Shown: positions 36,196-48,600 of the stretch, piece by piece
Position numbering within the stretch: the stretch's first letter is position 1
How the letters are laid out: each line of letters starts with the position of its first letter
From: Azolla caroliniana
Lineage: Eukaryota > Plantae > Polypodiophyta
Assembly (NCBI GenBank): GCA_043228905.1
Contig: JBHGNT010000005.1
Location: forward strand, 13,206,001 to 13,270,000
DNA: 64,000 nt
Direction: 5' to 3'
Position numbers and translations under genes: made by a program
Notes under the pieces: generated by a model
Told to the model about the DNA's origin: nothing
The model's database searches: none
Seen by the model: the letters and a program-made list of their open reading frames with translations, nothing else

Positions 36196-39100
36196 AGAAC
36201 GTAATTTCAAAATTATATCAAGACTCTGTAACTACACACTGTGCTAAGTAGCACTATTTATACAAGTCCTCTTGGGACTGACAGAAGTACCATGTACTTC
36301 AATGCTCACACGAGCATCTGACACTTACTACGAGACTATAGCTACCTAGTAGTCTATCCTATACTAGGCTTCCCATTGGACTGCCGGTTACGGATTGCAC
36401 CCGGCCTCCACTGCTTGCCAGTTCGGTTGCTCACCGTTATACCGATCCGTTTCGCCCGATCCGTCTCGCTTACCGGCTCCGGCTTATTCAGCCGATCCGG
36501 CTCCGGTTGAGCTTGCCGCTCAACACTCCCCCTCAAGCTCAACCTGAGGTGGGGTCGTAGTGTCGACCTCTGTGGCAGTCGGTTCTTCCAACCGACTTCT
36601 CCTAGCGTCACTCCGCCTTGCTTGCGCTCCTCGTCCGGTCCGGTCCCGTTTGCCGCGACCCCTTTGGTTCTGCGCGCCTCGACCCTCTCGGTCGGTATGT
36701 CTGCTCAATCGGCCCATCTCAGCAGTCACGTTGCTGTGACTCCGGCGCTTGCCGATCCGTTGGTTCTCCCTCGATGGCATCGACTTCACCTTGGCCGTGT
36801 CCCCTTGGCCTTCAGTCGATCCGTCTCATCTGGATCCATTTGTTGATCCAAGTCAGCTGTCTCTGACTCGTCCCAGCTCTTTTCCGATTCGGTACACTCC
36901 GATTCGACTTCCGGTGTCAGGCCTCTCACCACATCGGACCACTTCGGAGTCTTGGCCTTCTCCATGCTTCCCTCGGCTTCTTCAGCCGGTGAACCGAAAT
37001 CGAATTCTTCATTCGACTCTGTATCATGGTCAGTACCATTGTGATGACAGCATGCGCTTCTCTTCCTGAGTGCATAACTCTTCTTCACAGCCGCTTGCTC
37101 CGACCTGTTCGGATGTGTCGACTTCCTTCGTCGACTCGGCTTCCTTCAGCTTCTTGTCTCCTCTTCTTTTGGCTCTCCTCTTACCGATGGGTTCAACAGG
37201 TTTTTGGCCTTTGCCCGTTTCGGTAGAGACTTTGCCCTTGCTTCTCCCCCTCAAGTGCGGCACGTCGAGATGCTGAATACCAAGCATGTCGGTAAAGTGC
37301 TGCAACTTGTCCGATCCGAGCGGCTTGGTGAAGATGTCGGCAACTTGCCGATCCGTATGAACATACCGTAGGTCAACTTCACAGCTCAGGACCCGCTCAC
37401 GCACGAAGTGGTAGTGCACCTCGATGTGCTTTGTGCGAGCATGGAACACAGGGTTCCTGGCGAGCTGCAGGCTGCTCATTTTATCGCAGTAAATCGGGAT
37501 CGGGGTCGGTACCTCGATCCGCAAGTCTCGCAGCAGTCGCCGAAGCCAGATGGCTTCACAAGTGGCAACGGTAGCGGCCTGGTACTCAGCCTTAGTGCTT
37601 GACAAAGCCACTGTAGGCTGTTTCTTGCTGCTCCACGCAACGGCCGCGCTACCTGTGGAGAACATGTATCCGGAAGTGGAGCGGCGATCAGACGCATCGC
37701 CGGCCCAATCAGCATCTGTGTAACCGACGAGCTCTTCGGGTATACCTCGCCGGTATAGCAGTCCCCGGTCCTTAGTGCCGCTGACATACCGTAATATTCG
37801 TTGCGCGCACTGAAGGTGCTCCACGGTCGGCTCCTGCATGAACTGACTTACCATCCCGACCAGATAGCTGATGTCGGGTCGGGTGATGGTTAAGTAGATC
37901 AGGCTTCCGACAACTTACCGGAACCGTTTCTCATTGCAGGCCGGTCCGGAGTTGGGACGGAGCTTCTGGTTCCGGTCTAGGGGTGTGGAGACAGGTCGGC
38001 AATCCGTCATGCCGAACTTATACAACATATTCAACACGTAATGTCGTTGTGAGAGCAATATGCCGTCGGGGGTTCGGATCACTTCGATCCCAAGAAAATA
38101 ATGAAGGTCCCCCAGGTCCTTCATTTCGAATGCGTCCGACAACTGGGACTTGACGCGGTTGATTTCGGGAAGACCCGGTCCGGTGATGACTAAATCATCC
38201 ACATACAAGAGTATACATACCGGACCGTCAGAGCCTTGCCGGATGAACAACGAAGAGTCCGACTTAGAGACAACAAACCCCAGCTTACGCATCCGGTGCA
38301 TGATCTTCGCGTTCCAAGCTCGGGGGGCTTGCTTCAAGCCGTAAAGCGACTTCTTCAGTCGGCATACCGCCGACTTGTTCATCTCCGAGTGAAATCCGGG
38401 GGGCTGGGTCATAAAGACTTCTTCTTCAAGGTCACCTTGAAGGAGGCGTTCTTCACATCCATCTGGTGAAGATGCCACCCCCTTGCCGCAGCAACCGCCA
38501 GTACCACACGAACCGTCGTCATCTTCGCCACAGGAGCGAAGGTCTCGTCGTAGTTGATTCCGTGGGTCTGCGCGTATCCCGTCGCCACTAACCGGGCTTT
38601 GTACCAGTTAACAGAACCGTCGGTGTTGTACTTGACCTTGTACACCCACTTGCATCCGATCGGTTTACAGTGACGGGGAGGATCAACTAGGTCCCAAGTT
38701 TCGTTGGCATCGAGTGACCGCATTACTTCGTTCATAGCGGCACGCCAATTTGCGTCCTTTGCCGCTTCTGCGTAGCTCTCCGGCTCACGCATTTCTGTCA
38801 CCTTAGTCATGTACGCATAATGATGCGCCATGTATTCATTGTACCCGTACCGTATGACGGGATCCTTCTGGCAGGTTGATCGGCGCAACGCACCGTCACC
38901 TGATTTGAGGCCCTTCTTGGCCAGTTCGGTCTTCGTTGCCGAAGATCCGTCTTTCTCCTTTCGGGAGTCGGATACGCACCGATCCGACTCATCGTTGCCG
39001 GTTTCGAATTCCGGCATCTTCCTCTTCCCCTTCTCTTTGCCCGTGAACCGTTTCCTCGGTTCCTTGCGTGGGGAGAGTACGGCAGAGTCTCCACCACTTG

Positions 39101-42038
39101 CCGTCTCTTCATCCGACTAGTCCAACCGACTCAGTCGCTCGTTTGGTCCACTCAACCGTAACGATTCCGGACTCTCATCTTGAGTCTCGGCTTCATCATC
39201 CTCTGCCAGGGCTGATTCAGGCTCACTGGCCTGATCTTCCGGCATTCGGTCGGGATCGGAAGTCGGAGTCGGTACGAAGTACCAGGATGCCAATTCATCG
39301 AACTCGACATCCCGGCTAAATCGGACTTCCTTCGTCCGGGGGTTATAGCACTTATACCCCTTTTGCTCTTGAGCATAGCCGACTAGGATGCATTTTTCCA
39401 ATTTTGCATCCAGCTTTCTCCGCTTCTGATCCGGCACATGCACATACGCTATGCTGCCAAATATTCGAAGGTGTCTTAAGTTCGGCTTGTGCCCGAAATA
39501 CAGCTCATGAGCTGACACCTTGTCACCAATGCGGTTTTGTATGTAGACGGCCGTCTGGACCGCCTCCGCCCAGTAGAACCGGGGCATGCTCTTCTCCTCC
39601 AACATTGCCCTTGCCGCTTCGACGAGTGTCCGGTTTTTCCTTTCGGCCACACCGTTTTGCTCCGGTGTGTATCTGCAGCTGAACTCTTGCCGAATTCCCT
39701 TCTGCTGCAGATAACTAGTGAATTGGCCGGAAAAATATTCCTTTCCGCCATCCGACTGAAGGCATTTGATCTTCCTCTCCGATTCCCGTTCCACCATCTT
39801 CTGGAGGCTCCGGAAACAGTCGAAGACTTCGCTCTTCCACTCATTGAGGTAGATCCAAGTATGTCGAGTATAGTCGTCGATGAACGAGACGAAGTATCGG
39901 CTCCCGCCAAGGCTTACACTTTGTGCCGGTCCCCACACATCCGAATGGATGAGATCGAGCTTGTTACCGCTCCGGTTCCGTTCGGTGGGGAATGGAAGCC
40001 GGTGTTGCTTCCCAAGTTGGCAGGCTTCACAAATTTCGGCTCTCCGGCCGCTAAACTTCAGCAAACCGAAAACGACTTGTTTCGTTTGCAGGTCTTGAAG
40101 CCTCCGGTAGTTGACGTGGCCTATCCGCTTGTGCCACAGGTCGATGTCCGACTCGACCTTTTGTCGATTCGCGAACAGAGCGGTGCCAAGGTCATTGGTG
40201 TTGAGGATAAACATCCTCCCGTCTCTGCGCCCTTGCACAATGACTTCGCCCTCATTCTCAATGAAGCACCCGAGGTGCGTAAACTGCACCTGCATCCCTT
40301 GGTCGACAATCTGACCGACGGACACCAGGTTCTTTGTACGTGTAATACATTCATCAGCTTCCCTTTCTGTCCGACGTGGCTTAGAGGGACTTCTCCGACG
40401 TGCATGATTGGGTGAGGAGTGTCGTCTCCGGTTTCGACTACTCGTGGTTGATCCGGTTTCTCCAGAAAGGAGAACCACTCTTTGTGGCTCGTCATGTGGT
40501 TCGACACGCCGGAATCAACATACCACACTTCCTCCATTTTGGAAGTGGTCTTCTTCATTGAGTTTTCCTTGTGATTCATCACCAAGGCTGGCCCCTTACC
40601 ACATTTCCGGTTCCGGATCCTCCTGATCCGTTTGCGTAGTGCGAGTTTTGCCGGCCATCCTTACCGGTCTTGCCGGATCCGGATTTGTCCGAATCGGCAC
40701 GCTTTCTCCAGCACTCGCTTTCCCTGTGGCCTTTTTTGCCACAGTACCAACATTCCGTAGCGGATTTGTCTTGCCGGCCTCCGGCACCGCCTTGACTCCC
40801 CCTGCTTGTGGAAGTCCCGGAACTGTTGTCGGCACGCTCATAGTGCCTCCGTTCCTGCTCTTGCCGGCCGTCTCCATCGCGTGTCGACCCACCTCTTCCA
40901 CCACGCCCACGGAGCCGATCCGTTCCCATGTACAACATTCGGCTGTCCGGGGATGCACTGGTAGATGCACCGACGTGGTTCTCCTCTACAAGGAGCATCG
41001 ACTTTAAGTCGAAGAATGAGGGGGTATTCTCCCTTGTACACACCGCAGTCCGGAACGCTCCGAACTTGGACGCCAGGCCTCCGAGACATACCTGCACCAT
41101 CTCGTCTTCCTCTACGGTAACATTGATAGAGGCGAGCGAGTCGCAGATCTCCTTTATCCGGCCCGTGTAGTCTACCACGGACATGTTCTTCTGTTGAACA
41201 TTGCTCAACTCCTGTCTGAGTTGCAGCTTCCGGGCAGTGGTGCTTGCGGCGAAAACCTTTTTCAAGTTCCCCCAAGCAACCTTCGGTGTCTTGGCGTCAC
41301 GGATGTGGCTGAGCAGCTGATCGCCGACACTGGACGCGAAGCAGTACATCACCCTCCTTGCCGCCTGTTCCCATACCGGGAAGTCCTTGTGTGCCGTGTC
41401 TAGCGCCGCATCATTCGCTCCTTCGACATAACTCCAGTACCCGTGTCCAAGCAAGTACTGGTGCATCTTGTAAGACCAGGATGCGCAGTTGCTCCTGTCG
41501 AGCTTCTCCACCGGGAGCGACGTAGCCCTGCCTCTATCCATGTCTTCTACTGTGTCTGTTTTCAACCTGTTAGGGTTTTCTTCTCAAGAGTAAATGTCTG
41601 CAGCAAAGGTTCTCAACCCTCGCGCTCTGATACCATGTAAACGTGAGTGTTTGCGGAAGTGTAGAATAGAGAACAACACAGAGAGAGAGAGAGAGAGATA
41701 GAGAGAGCAGAACGTAATTTCAAAATTATATCAAGACTCTGTAACTACACACTGTGCTAAGTAGCACTATTTATACAAGTCCTCTTGGGACTGACAGAAG
41801 TACCATGTACTTCAATGCTCATACGAGCATCTGACACTTACTACGAGATTATAGCTACCTAGTAGTCTATCCTATACTAGGCTTCCGATTGGACTGCCGG
41901 TTACGGATTGCACCTGGCCTCCACTGCTTGCCGGTTCGGTTGCTCACCGTCATACCGATCCGTTTCGCCTGATCCGTCTCACTTACCGGCTCCGGCTTAT
42001 TCAGCCGATCCGGCTCCGGTTGAGCTTGCCGCTCAACA
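36103..42038 (-). mobile_element. Structurally complete Ty1/copia element C3 (same family as C2), coding region with stops and frameshifts
   Basis: LTRs 36103-36525 and 41636-42038 (differing mainly in (AG)n length), TSD TATAT, iMet PBS TGGTATCAGAGC at 41635-41624, PPT at 36526-36537; gag CWYCGKKGHRESEC, PR WYVDSG, INT, RT, RH in copia order. Confidence 0.96.
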
Positions 42039-42199
42039 TATATGTTGTGTGGGAAGGTAATTGGATGTGTATGTGTATCTATATTTGTATGGGTTTTAAT
42101 TATGAGTATGTGAACAAATATGGAGAATGATATATGGTAACTGTTATAGATCACAACAAAACGCGCCAAATGGAAACAATACTTGACAAAAATGCTCAT

Positions 42200-42420
42200 A
42201 TGCTATGATAAGAATGTTGACACCCTCGGAGGGTGCCAAAGTCATCAGATCATTGCACCAATCCTGAATTACATTTAGTTCTTGCATCCAAGGTCTTCCC
42301 AACACGAAGGAATAAGAGGGTCCCTTAAGGGGAATAAGATGGAAACCCATAGAAATACATATACCAAAACACTCAAGGACAACATCTTCTATAATCCCCA
42401 TGCAAGGTACTAAGCCTCCA
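42200..42420 (-). pseudogene. Gypsy-type aspartic protease remnant
   Basis: GIIEDVVLEC..SYSFVLGRPWMQELNVIQDW resembles the C-terminal half of a retroviral-like protease. Confidence 0.5.
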
Positions 42421-42609
42421 TCAGCTGCATAGCTACTTTCGTAGAGGAACTTTTACAAATGGGAATACTAAGCTTACTTGAGGACTTCTGAGATAAGACT
42501 TATTGTAGCACCAATATCCACTAAAGCATCTTTCACTATATAACCCTTTATAGATATCGGTATTGTAGGTAAGATATCCTCTCGTTCCTTCACTCGTATG
42601 ACCCTTGCA

Positions 42610-45600
42610 TAGTGCATTGTTTTGGTACATTGACGTATGCTCGCTAGTCATCCCCATTCCTTCTGAGGACGAGCCGAATTTGTTCGACATCCTCAATGAG
42701 GAAGAAAGTGAGGATGACGTCGATGAGGAACCTGAAGAAGACAAGGAGTGAAGGATCGAGGGGTCGGTTCAGTCGTGCAAGGCATTGTCCCACGAGCGTG
42801 CCAAGTGTTAGTGGGTCGACTACCAGGCTCCGAGTCGGACAAATGTGAAAGGAAGTCAGAGTCGACAAGGTTTGGAGTGGAACAAGTATGAAAGTGCCGG
42901 AGTCGGATTGATGAGTCAGAAATGAATTAACATATATTTTGCCAAGTAGTAAAAATAGTAGAGTTAGTTTGGACAATTTTCTTGTAGTCTTGCCAAGCAC
43001 AAGTGCCAATCTTGAAGAGAGACCCTCAGATCATCTATAAGAAGAGGCAGAGAACATTGTGATCTTATCATTCTATTTTGAATTAATATAAGATTAGTAG
43101 TATATCTTTATCGATTGTGTTCTTACTATTCTGTAATGCTATCTGTGTCGAACTCTAGTTCTGCGTCTACTAATTAATTATATTAAGAATAATAGTCGAT
43201 CACGGTGTCGTGAAGAAAACCGTCCACAAGCGGAATCGGTGCACAGGAGCGTAGGAACCGGCTCTTCTCGAATGTTGTCCATGGAAGATCCTAGGCAGGT
43301 AGATTTAGTGGGTAGGAAGTTAAAGGGGGGGGAAACGGCTCCTTCCCTGCCTATAAAAAGAGGGAGACGCGAAAGAGGAGGGGATCGCGGAGAGTCGAGG
43401 ACGAAGTGCTGTCGGTTTGTGTGCGAAGGCTTCTCTCTCTCTCTCTGGTTCGCAAACTCCATAGCTTCCTTCTGTGCAGGTTTCGGGAGGCTCGCGCTGC
43501 TCTGAGGAATGCCCGAGTGCTTCCGGCAGCACCTCCAACCTACTCCTTCCTTTCCGTGCATTTACGAATAGGTATCGGCATCTGTTCGCCAGCCTGTTCG
43601 GTTGTAACCGTCTTCGTGTTTTGTTGTTAGTCTTTGTTAATACATACATACATTCGTGTCTCTCTGTGTCGTTGCCCCACTCACTTCTTGTGTCGAAGGG
43701 CCGTGTCCCTGTGAATCTACTCTCGCACGTAGTGGGTCTCTTCTCCTTTCTCTCTTGCTCTTTACAGGACCCCCGAGGTCCCGCCTCATTCCACGCATCC
43801 GCGAGGAATACCTCGACATCTTTGGTGAACCCGACGTGAAAGAGGCGGCAGAAGAGCAGAAGATGAAAGGGTCGGATCTTGCAGAGGCCATGGCTTCGGC
43901 CGTGGATCGGATATTGAGTGCACGCGAGGGCACCGACGCCCTCGACAGAGCCATTGAGGCGGTCGTCGGTACGATCAGCCGGTTCAGCGGAAAGGATGCC
44001 ACGAAGTATCTGGCGTCCTACGGGGCAGAAATGTTGATGCGGGATATTCCGGAAGAGAGGCGTCTTGCCGGGTTTCCTCGAGTGGCGATGCCGAGCATCC
44101 ATGCGGAGGTGCTCAAGGTGCGGGCGGAGAGCCGTACCTGGGAGGAGTTCGAAGGCCGAATCCTAGAAAAATACGGGCTGGACGACGTGCTCCGGCTTTC
44201 GAAGCGGGACTTCATGGAATGGGTGGAGTCCCCCGGCAAGGGAAGAAATGCGTCGGCACTCCTCCGGGAGTTCGAAGAACGCTTTGCGCGCCTTTCGGCG
44301 CTTGACCGAACCGTTCTGGATACGAGCCGGGTCCTACTGTTCGTCAAATCGGTGGACGAGCGGGACAGGGATCAAGTCGGCTCCTTGCTGGAAACCGAAG
44401 ACGGGCTGACAACCGACTGGGCTGCGGGTAAGAGAGTTTGTGGCCGTTTCGACAAACGGCGAGAATGGGTTGACAACGGGGCGGCCGGTGCGGGCTCTGT
44501 CACAGCAAGGAGGCTTGAACCGGCGCCGCAAGTGCGAAGGGAAGAAACCCGGGAATGGCTCAAAACCGGTCCGGCTTCGACCGGCATGGTCAATGGCTCG
44601 TCCGGAGGAGCGGCGCTGGAGGAGTTGACGCGGGCGATAAAGGATCTCCAGATCGCCCACACTCGAAGGGAAGGCGGCGAACCGGCTTGTGACGGACGGC
44701 CGGCAGTGGGGAACAGGTGCATGTGGTGCGACGAGGTCGGCCACATTCGGAAGGACTGCGGCGATTTCGCAGAGGCGTTGAGAAATCGGGTGGTGTACCT
44801 GTGGGAAGGCCAGGTGCACGCTGGCGACACCAGGAGGGCCCTGAGCCGAAACGACGGGTGAGGAGGTATGAAGAGACTGATGGAAGACGCAGTGGCCCGA
44901 CACGTGGAGGCCATCCACTACTCGGCGTCGGCCGGTATTCGGGTCGGGGGCAGCGAGGCCCAAAAGGAGAGCAAAGACGGTTTCTGGTCTGCAATGCTGG
45001 AAGGCCTCGCCGGCGCACGGCTGAGGAAAGATGAAACGGACCGCGCTGAGAGACGGGTCCGGGAAATAACCGGGTGGAGCGATCCGGTCGAGGAGAAGAC
45101 CGGCTTCGTAGAAGTCGTCTACCGGAACTACGAGGCTCTGGTAGAAGAAAAACAAGTGGGGAAAGCCGGAGCGGCCGGGCCCTCGCAACGGTACGAGACC
45201 CGATTCGGGCAATGACGGAATGATGCCGGTGGGTCCGGCCCGCAAGATAACCCCAGGAAGGACGGGTACCGACTGGGGACAGAAATAGAAAGGACTACGG
45301 ACCTACGAAAGGTCCTAGAAGAACGGATCCTCGACAGCAAAGTGGAGCTGTCATTGCGGGAGGTGCTAGGGATCGCCAAGAAGGAGTTCCACGACTCCAT
45401 TGTAGACTTGGTGAAACGGAAGAGACTTTCGACGGAGACGGAATTGGAAAGACCGGTGGAGGTGCGGACGACGCACATCGACGACTCGGCGTTGGAAGAT
45501 GAGTGGGCGGAGAGCCACTATTCGAGGCCACACTGGGCCCGAGCGACCACGGAGACCCCGGTAAAGATCGGAGATGTTCAGGAACCGGTGGTGGCGTTGG

Positions 45601-48600
45601 TGGACCACGGTTCGGAAATAAACCTAATGTCCATGGACTTCTATAAGAAGGGAAAGTGGCCGATCAACACCAGGCACGGGTGGAAGATACGGGCGGTGAC
45701 GCGCGCCACCGAGGAACTGCACGGGGCCTGCCCGAATGTGCGAGTAAAGATCGGCAACGTCGAGATTGACCAGCACTTCTTCGTACAGGAGACGTCCTCG
45801 CATCCGGTCATATTAGGGGAACCATACATCACGGCGGCGCGAATGGAGACCAAGGTGCTGGACAACAGTTCAGCCTACGCGAGGGTCAAGAGCCAGGACG
45901 GGCGCCATTCGGTCCAATTTCTGACGGTGCGACCAAACCACGAACGGAACCGCGAATCCCTCGGTGGCGAGAACCGGGAGGATTTTTAGAGAGGGTTGCC
46001 AAGGCGTGGGGCCGAGACAGTCCGGACACTCGGGAAAGACCCCACAACTGTATGATAGAACCGAAACCGAAGAAACCTTGTACGATAGGTGGAAAATTTT
46101 GCTTCTCCAACGACGGAGGGTGTATGATGGTCGGCATCGTTGGCCGAGAAAAGGCAAGGGCGGGGCAAGGGCGGAGGAGCGACTTCGAGCGTGCGGAGTC
46201 CTCGGCCCGGACGAGGAAATCAGCGGAGCCGTGGAGGCGGTCTCCTTCGACGACACCTTGGGGATGCTGAGGAAGGTAGCCGGAGAAGACCTTAACGAAG
46301 ACCGGACGATACCGGTATGTTCCGAAGAGATGTACGAAGTCATCGCGAACTTCAGTCGGGGGCTTGGGTCGGATCGGACGGCCCGAGTTAGCACAAAGTA
46401 CAAGATTGTGGACCGGAAGGTAAGGCCAGTCGCGGCACCCTTGCCGGAGGGCAGCGAGTCCCGAATCAGAGAGGTGGCGTCGGACCCCAGTTTACGAGAT
46501 CCGGCCGGCATAGGACACACCTTCACCGACGGGACGCTCCGGGAGCTCAAAATCGGTGGGGGCGGGTTCCTACTGCCGGCGGAGGAAGACCGGTTTTGGA
46601 GAATGCTCGGAAGGCACGGGAAAGCATTCGCATTCTCACCGGAAGAGATCGGGTGCGTAGACCCGATGGTGATATTCACGGTACCGCATGTGCCGTGGAA
46701 TCTCAAGCCGATTCCGATACCGAGAGCTCACATCCCGGAGTTGATGGAGCTACTGAGGCAGAAAGTCGATATGGGTATTCTCGAACCGTCGAGCGCGCCA
46801 TACTTGAACCGATGGTTTACCGTACCAAAGAAAAACGGAACATTGCGCTTCATTCAGGACCTGCAGCCGGTCAACAGAGTGACCATTCGGAACGCAGGAA
46901 TCGGACCGACCATAGACGAGTTCGCGGAAGCCTTCGCCGGAAGGTCGATTTACTCGGTCGGTTATCTGTACTCGGGGTACGACCAGTTCTAGCTAGCCGT
47001 GGAGAGCAGAGACATTACGACTATGCGAACTCCCTTCGGCCTAGTGCGAATGTGTACCCTGCCGCAAGGAGGGACCAACTCGGTGGCCCACATGGTGAAT
47101 GCAATGAACAAGGTACTGAGGGATTGCATCCCGAACATCACCATGCCGTTCCTAAACGACATCCCGATCAAAGGGTGCCCGGTAGAAGAGAGGGACGCAA
47201 CACTCGGACTGGACGGATGCCGGCGATTCGTGGCAACACACATCGACGACTGCGAGAAGGTGCTACGAAGGCTAGAGGACGCGAGGCTCACCTTCTCCGG
47301 GGAGAAATCGGCCTTCGGGCAATCGGAAATCCTGGTGGTCGGACACCTATGTGGACCATATGGCCGGAACTCGTCTCCGGCAAAGGTAGAAGCCATCTCC
47401 GCGATGAAGACCGACTGTAGCTCGGTTACGGAAGTTCGGAGGTTCCTGGGGGCGTGCGCATTCTACCACATATGGATCCCACATTACGCCCACGTTGCGG
47501 AGCCGCTATACGGGTTGCTGAAGAAAGGGCAAAAATTCGAGTGGCGAGACAAGCACACGCAGTCGGTCCGGAAGCTGAAGGAAGCTCTTACGGCAGCACC
47601 GGCGCTCCGGAAGGCTGTCTACGAGAAGGGTACCCCGGTATACATAACGGTGGATACGAGTCCGACCGGGATCGGATGGGTCGTCAACCAAGAAGACGGG
47701 GACGGCATTCGGTTCCCGATCCGATTCGGCGCGAAGGTCCTCAGTGAGCGACAGCGAGGGTACGCCCAGGTTAAACACGAACTCTGGGGTATCGTTTCGG
47801 CAGTAAAGGCCGACAAAGACTACCTGATCGGGACGGAAGTGATCGTCGAGACGGATTGCCTGCCAATCCTTGGCATGGTTTCCGGATGCGCGACACCAGA
47901 CCTGGCGATGCTCAGGTGGATAGCATACATCAAGTCCCTGGATCCAGAAATACGGCACATTTCCGGAAAGGACAACGCCATGGCCGACATGCTTTCAAGG
48001 GCGAGGTTTGATGACGAGGGCGGCATGGTTTCGGAGGACGAAGAAGTCGGCGTGGACTTCTTCGAGGCGGCGTACGTGACGACCGATGGGACGAGCACTC
48101 CGGCGCTTAATGGCTTCGACGAGAGCAAGTACGACGGCGAGTGGCTCCAGATCGGTAGGTTTCTGAGGACAATGACGCCAGATGCGTCATGGACGAAGGA
48201 CGAGGCCAATCGGGTCCGGAAGAAAGCTTACCGATTCTTTCTCCGGGACGGATACTTATGGAAGCACCCGAAGAAGAGGAACGGCGTCCCGCTCCGGGTG
48301 GTGGCGATGAAGGAAGAACAGGAAGAGCTTCTGACGGCCTACCACGACAGCCCTTGGGCTGGACACCGTGGAACGTGGGCCACGTTCGAGAAGATAAAGG
48401 GGAAGTACTGGTGGCCGGGACTATACCGGGACGTGCATCGGTTCGTGACAACTTGCGAGAGTTGTCAGATGCACTCCGTGGTCCGACACCGGGACGAGCT
48501 TCACCCTACGTACCCTCCGACCATCCACTTCAAATGGATGGTAGACCTGGTGACGATGCCAATGGGAGTAGGACAGATGCGGTATCTGGTCCTAGCTCGG